Source of the DNA: Lama guanicoe
Taxonomy: Eukaryota
NCBI GenBank assembly: GCA_013239625.1
Contig: MU053881.1
Span: 10,129,957-10,193,956 of the forward strand
Direction: 5' to 3'
DNA: 64,000 nt
Positions 38,930 through 51,060 of this stretch are shown one piece after another (the stretch's first letter is position 1; the number at the start of each line of letters is the position of its first letter). The notes under the pieces were generated by a model that saw nothing but the letters and a program-made list of their open reading frames with translations, had not been told where the DNA came from and did not search any database. The position numbers were made by a program, and so were the translations under genes.

Positions 38930-39245
38930 TGCTCAGTCATTTTTTCCCACTTATTCAACAAATTTTAAGCACTAAATGGCACAGATCTGGGTACCAGAAA
39001 TATAACAGAGAGCAGAACAGATAAACCCAGACAATAGATCATTAAAAAATGAATGTACTCTGGATCAGATGGTTGTAAGGGAAATCACGAAAACTAAGTA
39101 AAAGGTAGGTGATAGAGAAAGGGTAGTCCTACTATAGGAAGTAAGTGAAGGAAGATTCAGAAGGTTTAGCTGAGTGAGAAAGCAAGCCAAGGACTACGTA
39201 AGGGGTAAAGTTCATCAGGCAGAAGGAACAGTGAAGAACTGATGC
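38930..39245 (-). mobile_element. L2 fragment
   Basis: cacttattcaacaaattttaagcact...caggcagaaggaacagtg. Confidence 0.6.
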
Positions 39246-39289
39246 ACTGTTTTTCTTATATTAAAGGACCCACATCTCTGTTCAATATA

Positions 39290-39790
39290 AACCGTGTTAC
39301 GCTTGGACACAGCTGTCTCACTTCTAGGTATTTAATATGGGTGACATGCTTGTATTTGCATGCATTTTAATTGCAACATAAAGAATGAATGTTAAAAACA
39401 ACCTAAATCTGCATCAACATAAGGATGTTTAAATTATGACTCATCCATCCTATAAAAAAAAAAACCCAACAGCACGTAAAACAATTAGTAAATCTATATG
39501 AATTTGCATGGAAAGATCTCCAAAAACATTGCTTTCTGAAAAACTCAGTTATAGAAAAATGTTTAGAATTTGAGTTGATTCATATTAAAATTTACTTAAA
39601 TAAAAGAACAGATACATAAACACTATATACATATATACTCATATATATTTTAGAAGTCTTAGATATTTACAAAATTGATAAAAGTAATCATCTTTCTGGA
39701 TGAGTGTTTTCTTTCTTCTGTGTTTTTTGAAACTTGAAATATAGTTTAAAAATCCACTTATTAATTTTTCTAAAAAATTATGAAAACCAA
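39290..39790 (+). mobile_element. L1ME-like 3' UTR relic
   Basis: gacacagctgtctcacttctaggtattta...aaacaacctaaat...catggaaagatctccaaaa. Confidence 0.6.
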
Positions 39791-41603
39791 AAAGGACCCT
39801 GCCTAAACACATGTAACTTACAACATTCCTTGTGTAACTTCTTGATTAAGACAAAGTATTTTTTTAAAAATGTTTACACATAAATATATATTAATTATCC
39901 TTCCCATGTAAATATTGTTACCAACATACATGTGATTAAACAAAACATAAAAAATATCGTTCTACATACCCACAGTACTGTTAATGTAAAAGGGCTTGGA
40001 ACTTTTACGGGTAAGGAACAACTACATAAAGAGAACATATTTTTGAATTGAAAGGGTAGGAACTTCACACACTTGATCAAAAGTATTTTCAATGTTCTCA
40101 AACCTAAAGAATGTTGTGCATTTCTGTCTTAGGTCTGCTATACAATGAACTCTTGACATTACTGACTGTTGACACCGCTACATAGAACCTAAGTTATAAT
40201 AAGGAGCAGAAAGAAAAATGTGGAACAGTTAAAGTATGTAAAACAAATGCAAGTTTGTTTAAGCCTGTTTGCTGGTGCCCTTTAACTTCATATGATCAGT
40301 AGTTCTGATTAGTATTTGAGTAAAGGTATCATTTCTCCACCATGTCAATAATTAGCATCCTTAGTTTTCTTTAAATAATAAACTGTATTCATCTGGGGCT
40401 TTTGTTTGCTAACCAAACATTCAAGGAATCCTTAAAACTCGTCTAGAAATTGGTCATGTTTTGAATCTTTAAAAATCTGTAACTGCCAAGTTTTACCTGT
40501 TTCCATAAACAGCTTTACCTCTGTGAATTAACACAAATGTGGTACAAGGCTAAAAAGAGCTGCTGTTTTTTCATAAAATATGAATTTTTTTTTAATTGGG
40601 CAAGAGTGTCCCAATTCCAAGCCAAAGTAAATATAACAGCTAAAGTTGGTTTTAACTAGACATCTCAGAGAGGAAAGTTGCTGGAGAAGATGAACCAAAT
40701 GAATGATCAGGACCTTTGCAAAGCAATGTATAAATAATTGCTCTCAAGCATTCTGTCTTATTATTCTATTAGTGCTGTGTGGTTTCGCTCAGATTTGATT
40801 TACTTTCAGCCAATCAGCATCCTTGTGTACGGTATTCCAATCAGCTATAATTCAGCCAGCATTATGACAGTTTAAGAACCAGCTTTAGAGCTTAATAGGC
40901 AGGCTAGTATTTCAGTACCATGCGTCAGTAAAAGCTGGTGCCCTGATCCGCAATGGACCTGCTCAGATGAATTAGACACCAGTACACCAAGCAGGTGGCT
41001 GCGCTCTTAATTAAGTGAGGAACAGCCTCCCTGAGGGGCTGCGATCAACCAGATCAGGCTGTCTCTTACCACCGTAGCCACGTTTTTGTTGTTGTTTCCA
41101 CTGCAGGCTGACTGAATCTCTGATGGTGGGGGAGGATACAGTTCTAGCTCTCAGGAATTTCTCAGATGAGAGCTGTCTCCAGTACTGTGTCTTCTGAATT
41201 CCATTTGGAACTGTGTGCCTAAGCACACACCCGTGTGTTTGCATTTACTCTTTAAGGGGAAATGCCAGAGGTGGATGGTGCGGCTTCCTGGAAATGTATG
41301 CCATGTTTCTAGCTTCCATCACACACAGCAATCTAAACACAGATTGTTCCAGAACATCACGTTGTGACGTGATGGAGGACCACAAGACTTGTATGTCAGA
41401 GGGACTGAGGCTAAAAAGTTGTAAAAACCACACTGAAAGCAGAAAGTCTGAGAGGTCTGAGATTCACAGCCTGGCGGAGACACTTGTGGGATGTAAGTGA
41501 CAATTGTGGATCGTTTGGCATAGGCTGGAGATTTCCAAGAGTCAGAGATCTTAGAAAATACAGAAGAAAAGAAGGAGAAGAGGAAGAGGGAAGAACAGAT
41601 AAG

Positions 41604-41604
<1 letters not shown>

Positions 41605-41634
<30 letters not shown>

Positions 41635-41638
41635 CAAA
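41605..41638. repeat. (AAAAC)n pentanucleotide repeat
   Basis: direct reading, about 6 units. Confidence 0.9.
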
Positions 41639-41897
41639 GGTAGAAGCAAGAGCAGCAACAGCCTTCACCCACTGTGGTTCCTTCTTTTGAAATATTTTTC
41701 TTCTCCAGTTTGTCTCCTGACTAGCAAGTTTATCAGGATGAAAGGAAAATCACTGGAGACATTAAGGCACTGGTTTCCTTCTCAGTCATGGTGAGGGAAT
41801 GAACTGACTATGGCTTTTGTTGGTGGGTTAGTTTGGCAACACTTCTCTGGGTCAGTTTCGTCTCATTACTTGGCAATTAAATGTCCAACGCGATAGG

Positions 41898-42063
41898 AAA
41901 AAGAAATTGCAAATGTGACAGTGAGTGTGTATATGTCCATGTATGACTGAAAAATTGTGCTGAACACTGGAATTTGACACAACATTGTAAAATGATTATA
42001 AATTAATAAAAAGTTTAAAAAAAACCCAAAAAACCCAAAAACAAACAAAAAAAGAAATTGCAA
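41898..42063 (+). mobile_element. young, severely 5'-truncated L1 (3' terminal ~136 bp including tail) with perfect 15-bp TSD
   Basis: AAAAAGAAATTGCAA at 41898-41912 and 42049-42063 flanks gtatgactgaaaaattgtgctgaacactggaatttgacacaacattgtaa...aataaa plus an A-rich tail. Confidence 0.9.
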
Positions 42064-44509
42064 GTAGGCATGTAGATGGACTGACCACTCTTATTATTTT
42101 TCTACTTTAATAAATTATTTGACAATGATGCCCTCAAGAATCATAAACTAAGGGATTGCAGTGTATGCTCTGGAAAGGTATATTAGAGAAGGGAAAAGAA
42201 AAATATCTATACACATCCTGGAAGGAAGTTTTACAGAACTTTGTAAACCAAACTATATTCTAACATTGTTCGTGCAAGGTGAAATGTGATACACAGCAAA
42301 GACTGCTCTCCCCATGGCTAAAACTCATGTCAGCTCTGGTGGAACAGTTCATGTCCAGGCTGGACCCAGGATCAGCTAGGTTCAACTGCCAGAGATTTCA
42401 CTAGAATCATACACAGAAAGCAAAACAGAAAGCTTCCATCTCTCGTGTCATCACTGACATAAAATCTGCACAAGAACATGGCACAAACAGTGAGACAAAT
42501 TCAATTTTGCTTTTGCCATTCATCACGTTAGCGCATCCAGGAAAGTATGCTATTTTCTTTACGAAAGTATTTCTCAATTTTGACATGGGCTTTTTTCCAT
42601 GGGCTTAGAAAACATAAAAAAGACATTTTCCCCCTCTCCTCTATACAGTAAAAGGGTTCTATAAATATGTTCGCAGGAATAAACTCATTGGCTATTCAAT
42701 ATCCTGTCAGATGCACAGATCTGGCCTCTTTCATAAGTTAACAGCCTGATTGGCTGAGGGTTTGATGCAATCAAAACGGTAGCCTCTATACTAAAAAAAA
42801 AAAAAAAAACTGTATGATAAATGTGTGTTTTCCTATTTTGCTTAAAAGGAAACCTATTATGTGGGCAGCTGCCTTTTGAATGATATTAATGTCAAAGTGA
42901 AGCTTTATATTACAAAGTAAAATGAAGCCAGCTTTTAATATTAGGCAGAAAAGTATTGTTATGCAGCAGGAGGAGTGACCTTTGACTCCAGCAAGAAAGC
43001 TGATTTATATAATGAAATGCAGAGAGACAGACTTTAAAAATGCTAACACCTTCTTTTTTCTTAGGGAAGAAAACCAGAAACAAATTACAGAAGTAGTTAT
43101 ATGAAGTATGCCAAGGAGAAATAACCTCCAAGGAGGCATCCCAGCGAAAGCTTTAACTTTCCTGAAAATTGAGTGAAAAGTCCAAAGCCACAGGTGGGAA
43201 GGGCATAGTCCATCAAGGACTGAGTGTACGTACCAGAGAAATCCAGGCAAAGACAGCAAATTGATTGGGACCATCTCACCTGGGCATCAGGTTGCCTTGA
43301 GGGGAACAGAGGACACGTGCTGGTCTAGGTTAGGATGGATCTCAGCAGAGGAGGAACTTCGCTGATTTCCAAAAGGAATTTCCATGTGGGCAGCTCCAAG
43401 GAAGAACTTGGTGGGAGGAGGGAGGAGGCTGACGCTACAGTATGTCAGGATTTGCTCTGGACTGATCCACCTTTCCATCAAAATTTCATATCTAACTGTC
43501 AAATAATATGTGCAGTGGCCAGGTCCTATACAGTGATGTCAAAGATAATGTTTTGACAGTTTATCTCAGTATGTGTTTTCACTGCCCAATTCAGAAAAGA
43601 CGTTTGTCATGAGCAGTCATGGTTCCATTCAACAGGGCTGTGTTCCTGTTGTAAAGAGGGGCTGTGACGAGGAAAAACTCTCTGTGAAAGAAAAGGAAAT
43701 GAATGTGATTTTTAATATTCTAAAGTAAAAAGTACAGGGATTGGACAGGAATGGGTTTCAAAAAATGTATTCAAGTCCATTTAAATATCGTGTTCTCTTA
43801 AATACACAATGTAATTTTCACATATACGCTATTGAGAACCCTCTGAATTGAAGCAAACGTGGATGAAATGAGAGACACTTGAATTTGCATTGCTTATCAA
43901 ACAGAGTGAGATAAGCATTATTGCTTTCAACATGCTACAGGAGAAGAATGTTCATCTCTGGCTTTGGACTTGGTTTCCCTAAGACTAGCAACAAATGGTG
44001 CCAAATTCTACTCTCAGACTGCTTTGTACACAGCCTCCAGAGAGAAGACGGAGCCAAAGGTCAAAGCTTGGAGCCTTCGAGGAATGTATTAAAATATATT
44101 ATAAACTACTGATTTAGAGGAAATGCAGGATTAAAACCCCAAAGCAGTGCCTCTGCTCCTTGCTTTACAATGTTCTAAGCATTCTCAGTGGCCGAGCACT
44201 GATGTGATTTTACAACTTTGAGTTCCCCCAAATTCCTGACCGTTATTATTGCCAGTTGCTAAAGTCATAACGTTGCCGTGAGAGACCACCCAAATGTATG
44301 TCAAATCCAGTTACAATGCACTTCCCCTGTCACAGCGACCTACAATCTTTGAAATGTCCCCTAATTCAGATGACACGAGAGGAAATCAGGGCCATAAAAG
44401 CTTTTTCTGCCAAATGCTCATGTTTCTTGGTGCTGTTTGCAATCTTTGCAGAAAGAGATGTGTATGAAAGCAGAGAAACGGACTAGTGAGTCCAATTCTG
44501 ATACATGAC

Positions 44510-44640
44510 TTATTTTACTGTAGTGTCATCCTCTTGGCTTTGGGTGGACTTTCCGTCCCTGTGAAGTATCCAGTATTCCTCAGGAGACATAACTATTAAA
44601 TGAGAGATCATATGTAAAATGTTTAACACTCAGTAATTAC
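44510..44640 (+). mobile_element. MIR relic
   Basis: attaaatgagagatcatatgtaaaatgtttaacac. Confidence 0.5.
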
Positions 44641-45259
44641 TGACTTTGCAGAATACAGCTATTTTTCTTTGAAGTTAAGGGACAGTCAATGCTATTTGAA
44701 TTCCTGTATCAGGAGGTCCTGGCATGATTTTCTAGGACATAAAAGGGATTGTTTTCATTGTTGGTGTTGCTGTTTTTAAATTTAATTTTGTGCATGTTTA
44801 GGAAAAATGCTTTTTCTACCACATCCACTGTAGAGGCATGAGAAGATGTCAAACCCTGTGAAACATTCCTGAACTCAAGCCACTGACTTTGATTTTGAGT
44901 TAGAGTCTATTTCAATTTCTCATATTTTCAGCTCAAATGTATATCCCTATGGAGCTTGAAAATTCTGGACTGTTCTCAGACATTCTCACACAGTTTTCTG
45001 TTTGGCGATCAGCTTGTTGCCCTTGAGAGTTTAGAATGTGACACATGCCTTGTTTGCTTAATTTTGGAATTTGTCTTGTCCCATCCCCCCCCCCAATTCA
45101 AATTCAACTATCTCTCTCTGTTTTTATTTCCACAACATTTATAGGTTATTAGTATTATGAATTAACATATATCCAATGCTCAAACACATAAAGCTCATCA
45201 AAAATGATTAATAAATACTTAAGAAAAAAGTCATTGGCATTTGAAATCAAAGCAACCCG

Positions 45260-45410
45260 ACAGATGGGACAGTGCTCTGCATTAGACAGTCAGGTCAGTT
45301 CTGTTCTGCTTTAGGTCCTGCCAGCAACTAGAGCCTGGCTTTTACCTCATTGCAAAATGAATCATTTAAGTGAGATCTTCTCAAAGACCAGGTGCTAGAA
45401 CTCCAAGAGT
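45260..45410 (+). mobile_element. MIR/MIR3 relic
   Basis: ctctgcattagacagtcagg...ttaggtcctgccagcaactag...cctcattgcaaaatga. Confidence 0.45.
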
Positions 45411-45889
45411 CTGAGATGTGCCACCGTCCGCTGTGTACCAATGGCTATATTTTAGTGTGCACATCAAAAATAAATAACTTTTTGGATAAAAGCTGTTTCT
45501 GTATAAACGTAGGATTCTGGATTACCTAGAGGTCAGCTAGGTTTAGCTTCTCAATTATATATCATATATATATGGGGGGGAGTGGAAATCCAATTTCCCC
45601 AGATTTCTGCATATTCCTGCAGGGCCACAATTCTCAACTCCTTCCAGCTCCCCTCTCTAAGTTCAGTTTATGGGTAATCCCAATGTCACGCACATGCTGC
45701 CTTTACTCTAAGACACTGACCCAGGTGTGGAATGCAGCTGTCTTCTGAACTGTCAACAAAACAACATTTTTTGCACAAGATTTCTCTCTATGGCAGCTTC
45801 ACTGAGGGTTTAAATAGGATAGGCAAAGTATAGCACATTACAGCAACAAAACAACTGTAAATCATAGATAGAAAGTGATTTTTTTAAAT

Positions 45890-46975
45890 GTCTATATAAA
45901 CATAAGGTACCATATGATCTAACAATTTCACTTCTGGGTATTTAACCAAGGAAAATAAAAACACTAACTCAAAAAGATATATGCACTCCCATGTTCATAA
46001 AGTCAAGATATGGAATCAGCCGAAGTGTCTATCAATAGATAAATGGATAAAGAAAATGTGGTATATATTATACACAATTTAATATAATTCAGCCATAAAA
46101 AAACAAGGAAATCCTACCATTTGCAATAACATGGATGAAACTTGAAGACATTATGCTAAGTAAATCAGAGAAAGACAATTACTGTACAATCTCATATATA
46201 TGTGGAATCTAAAAAAAAAAACAAAAAAAAAACTCCAAACCAAAACCCACCAAATTCATGAAAAGAGATCAGATTTGTAGTTACCAGAGGCAGGGGGTGG
46301 AGGGATGGGAAACTGAAGGAAGATGGTCAAAAGGTAAAAACTTCAACTTCTAAATAAGTACTAGGGATGTAATGTGCAACACGATGACTGCAGTTAACAC
46401 TGACGTATGATCCATGTACAGGAAAGTCATTAGGAGAGTAGATCCTAACAGTTCTCATCCCAAGGGGAATTTTTTTTCTTTCCTTTTTACCTTATCTGTG
46501 TGAGATGATGAATGTTAACCAAAGCTATTATGGTAATCACTTTACAATATATGGAAATTAAACCATCATGCTGTACGCTTTAAACTTACACAGTGATGTA
46601 TATAAATTATTTCTCAATAAAACTGGAGGAACAAGCTCAAAGATACAGAGAACAGACTGTTGGTTGCTAGAGGCAGGGGAGTCGGTGGGGCAAACGGAAT
46701 CTAAAGGTACAAACTTCCAGTTACAAAATAAATAAGTCATGGGGATGTGATGTAAGCATGACGGCCATAGTTGATAATACTGCATTGTATACCTGAAAGT
46801 TGCTAAGATAGTACATTTTAAAAGTTCTCATCACAAGGAAAAACTATCTGTAACTCTGTACATTGATGGATCTTGACTTACTGTGATCATTTCACAATAC
46901 ACAAAAATATTGAATCATTATGTTGTGCACCTGGAAACTAGTATAATGATGTATGTCAATTATACCTCCATCAAC
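45890..46975 (+). mobile_element. L1MA-like 3' UTR region containing two consecutive L1 3' termini
   Basis: accatatgatctaacaatttcacttctgggtat...catggatgaaacttga; first terminus ends ctcaataaaactgga (~46628); second runs gatacagagaacaga...tgtcaattatacctcc (~46970). Confidence 0.9.
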
Positions 46976-48232
46976 ACAACAGATGTCTTTGGATACATTC
47001 CTTAGCCCTCTCCTTTTCCCCTTCTCACCTCTCCTAGGTCAGTTATAACACAGAGACACTCAGCTGTGATTTTATTATCTTGCCTCCTGCTAACCGGTTG
47101 CTGGAAGAGCCTCACCTACCACTTTAAATGGCTTCTCAAGATTTCCCCCTAGCCACAATGTTCTCTCTCAGGGGAATTCTGGCGTAAGCATGTAAAATAT
47201 TTTTTCCACTATATTAGATACATAAATTAAAAAAAAATCCCCTTCTCTATTTTTTCAGTTGTTCTACAGAAGCAACCATAAAAGATATCACTTACTAACA
47301 ATGGCTGCAATTCTTTGTTTGGCTTACTCTCTTCCTCTCTCATTCAGGAAGACAAAGAACAGGCTATTAATATAATACCTAAGAACAAAGGAAAAGGGGG
47401 TGAACAGGGTAGCAACGTGACTTTCTTCACCTAACACTTCGAGGGGTGTGTAGGTGCCTCGGGCACGTGTGTTTTCTCCCAGTAACCCTCCGTGGATCTG
47501 AATGATCCAGGGATCATTTTGTTTTCCACATCATTTTCTTTCTTGCAGGCACAAGTCCTACTCTTTTTTTTTTTTCAATCAGAAAATTTGTATCCAAGGG
47601 GGTATGGGCAATAACATATCTCACTGCACTATCACTGGTTTCCAGAAAAGTTGCAGGGGCATTTTGGTTGTTTTTAATTACTGTTTTGGCAAATAGAATC
47701 CCATTCAATGTCGACTGTTGACTCACATTACTGTCTCTAAGGTGATTTATTTTCACTTATGCTTGAACAACTACTGCCAAGAGCACCTCTCTGCTTCCTC
47801 TAGATCCTGTGTCTCCTCCCTTCCTGCCTTCCTGGAAAACAGTTAAGGCTCGGTAATAAACATTTAAAGGCACCAAGGGAGATAGCTGCTTTTTTTTTAA
47901 GTGGAGAGGAAGTATACATATATATACTTTTTTATTTTTATAACTTGGGTCTTGAACATTTAGAATGATTCCTATTATTTATTTATTTTATTATTATTGT
48001 TTTTGCTGAACTAAGAAAGTCACAAAGACTGCTGTTGACTTGGGTTTTTGCAGATAAGTGAAAGGCATACCCCTCCAAGGTGTATAAACAAAGGGACTGT
48101 ACCATTTACAGAGGGATTTAGGACAAATGGAGAAGGAAAGTTTCTTTTTGACTTCAAAAGAGTTTCCTCCCATCCCAATCCACCCCACCTGCCAAAAAGC
48201 AAGAATTACACTGACTAGCATGCCTCGATGAG

Positions 48233-48649
48233 TGGTGTGTCCTTTTTTTTTTTGTATATATATATTTTCATTAAAGTATAGTCAGTTTATAGTGTTGTCA
48301 ATTTCTGGTGTACAGCACAATGCTTTAGTCATACATGAACATATGTATGTATTTGTTTGCATATTCTTTTTCACCATAAGTTACTATAAGATATTGAATA
48401 TAGTTCCCTGCGCTATACAGTATAAACTTGGTGTTTATCTATTTTATATATAGTACTTAGTATCTGCAAATCTTGAACTCCCAATTTATCACTTCCGACC
48501 CCTTTTCCCCACTGGTGTTTATAAATTTGTTTTCTATGTCTGTGAGTCTGCTTCTGTTTTGTAAATAAGTTCATTTGTGTCTTTTTTTTTTATGGTTCCA
48601 GATATAAGTGATATATGGTATTTTTCTTTCTCTTTGGTGTATGCTTTTT
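48233..48649 (-). mobile_element. 5'-truncated cetartiodactyl/camelid-type L1 3' UTR with degenerate TSD
   Basis: T-tract then aagtatagtcagtt...tcaatttctggtgtacagca...gatattgaatatagttccctg; flanks TGGTGTGTCCTTTTT (48233) and TGGTGTATGCTTTTT (48635), 13/15 identical. Confidence 0.88.
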
Positions 48650-49469
48650 GACTGTAAGGGAAGTCTGAGGAGAGCGTGCACTTGGGTCTAAAGAGAGATG
48701 TGTTACATTATTGTCAAAAATAACAACAGCTCATGATTTATGGATATTGACTTCTCCAAAATATTGTTTTGCATCTTTGAAAATGCCAAATGTCAGAGGA
48801 GAGACAGAATATGAACGCTTAAAAGTTCTAACTCCTCTTCTATTCTTACATAAGCCTATATAAACTTTTACAAAGCTCACTCACATGGGTTCACTCACAT
48901 GGAGTTCTTAGTCCCTGAGTCCAAAGCTGCCTTTTCCTTATTCCATTAATTCCAAAGTCAGTGATAAAAGTCATGCGATATACTCATTTAGTCAGTATTT
49001 GCCCCAAACCTAACAAGTGGGCTCTGTTCACAATAAGGCAAAGTCCTTCTATTCTTTCTATTCATTCTCAAGATTTAATGTAAAACATCACGCTTTTAAA
49101 AAGCTAATTTTGGACTCTCTTCATATCTTTATTTTACAGTATTTACGATTTTTACTTCTTACATTCTTGTCTGTCTCACTCTATTCCTCTCTTTTATTCC
49201 CTCTCCCACAAAGATAGAAATTATTGAAATAAAAGATGTTTGTCATAAAAAGAAATCAGAGAACAAGGGAAAATATAAAGAAGAAATAGAAAATTGCCAT
49301 CTTATATATGATCATGGCCAGTTTGTCTGTTTGTGGGGGTGGGTGGGTAGGGTGGGGGAGACTAACATGGGATTATGGTATTTTTTTCTGTTGTGTCCTA
49401 ATTTTAAACAATTTTAACAATGGACCTCTTTCCAAGTCAATAGACACATGGAAATATATCTTATTTCAT

Positions 49470-49650
49470 ATCAATGTTAATCCTGTAAGATAAGCGGGGG
49501 ACATGTTTCTCCTCTCACTCATTTTAGAACTACAGGACCCAGAATGAAGAGAGACTAAGTACTTCGCCCAAAGCCACACAGCCAGTTGGAGTCACAACTA
49601 TGATGAAAACTTGAAGCTGATCACATCTTTCTGCCACAGACCATGTTTTC
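49470..49650 (-). mobile_element. MIR SINE
   Basis: aatcctgtaagataag...ctaagtacttcgcccaaagccacacagccagt. Confidence 0.7.
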
Positions 49651-49779
49651 TAAGTAATATCCAGGCCAGATTGTGCATTCTCTGTGGCTCAATGTCTCTT
49701 TAAACCAGACCCATGAACAATGCCTGTTCTCAGCCCCCTTGGAAACACAGACTGGCCGGCTCCCCCGTATGCACTGAAT

Positions 49780-49960
49780 ATCTGATGGCTTTTTGCTGCA
49801 TGCAAATAGATTACTTTGTACTTGTCCATAATAAATCCCATGTTGTCCTTCTCTGACCCTGCATTTGTCATCATTCAGGTGATTTCCATCATTTTTAGCT
49901 GTGAGTCATGTAAGCAAGCGCTCCCTCTGTTACAATCAATGCTAAGTTTCATCCGTATGT
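49780..49960 (-). mobile_element. CR1/L3 LINE reverse-transcriptase relic
   Basis: minus-frame DNMGFIMDKYKVIYL resembles the CR1 RT motif NxMKFNxDKCKVLHL; adjacent agctgtgagtcat resembles the reverse FADDTKL codons. Confidence 0.5.
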
Positions 49961-50559
49961 TTAAAGCTCTACCACCTCCCAGATACAGTGGCATTTACTT
50001 TGTCTGGTGATGAGGAGAAGTGGTGAAGTTTCTCTGTAATACTCAGATTATCTATTAGGGAAAAATAGGTGGACTGTGAAAGAAGCCACTTTCTCCCTCA
50101 TTTGGAATCCTTGCTCTTATCTAGAAACCCACTCATGGCAGGTAACGACGGGGTGGTCACCAGCAGCTCCTCTGCAGTCCAGGACACAGATAAACCAAGG
50201 GGACTCCGCGTCATCTGAACCTCAGAGATTACTTTTAAGAGACAGACAGTTTATGGCAAAAACCTCACTTGAATGAAGGAATAGGGTCATTGAGGGCACT
50301 GACTGGTTTTATTTCTGTGGTTGTTAACTGCCACAGTAAGTGAAGGAATTACTGACTTATATGAGTATTACAAAGGCTTTATCTGGGATGGCTGAAGACA
50401 GTTTTCTCTCTTTCTCTTTTTTTTCTAAAAAAAAGGAATATGATACTTGACCCTTAAAAATGGGTGAAGCCCTAAAATTACACATTCTTTTGTTTCAAAG
50501 ACTTGAAAAAGACTTCTTAACATATTGCATGCAAAAAGTGTATCCGAGTGGGGTCAGAG

Positions 50560-50760
50560 TATAGACCATGAGGTGTATTGTTTAGTTTCAGCTAAGCTTC
50601 TTGGCTGTGCGCTTTTGGACAAAGGCCTTCTTTCCTCAGTGAGCATGTAGAACAGTAAAGTATTGCAAAACATGCCTTTTGAGATTTTGTGGGCTTTGAG
50701 ATAATATTTGCAAAGCACTTAGCATAGTGCCTACCACCTAGTAGGGGTAACTATGCGCTT
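50560..50760 (+). mobile_element. MIR SINE
   Basis: ttggacaa...cctcagt...tttgagataatatttgcaaagcacttagcatagtgcct. Confidence 0.7.
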
Positions 50761-50934
50761 ACAAGGAGATTCCACCAGCAATGCTTGTCCTCATTCCACT
50801 TTGCAAACTGAAAAATCACACAGAATCTCCCTACACTGAAGGTATACGGGCTGGCACTGGTTCATAAGAAGCACTCACACAGCTTCAAAACAAGCACCTA
50901 ACAGTAATTCTTATTGTTCTTAATAGGACGTAAT

Positions 50935-51060
50935 TGGTTCATTAAACAAATATTTATGGGGTGCCCACTTTTTGCCAAGAATACCTCTACGGTCTTGGGA
51001 CAGATCTGAGAATAAAACAAGAAATGGTCTTGCCCTTGTTGAATCTGCCATCTATTCAGA
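50935..51060 (-). mobile_element. L2 3' fragment
   Basis: ttcattaaacaaatatttatggggtgcccactttttgccaag. Confidence 0.65.

Noticed and set aside
41319..41690. Hydrophobic or charged ORFs resembling membrane peptides
   Set aside because: Produced by the (AAAAC)n and GA-rich low-complexity tracts
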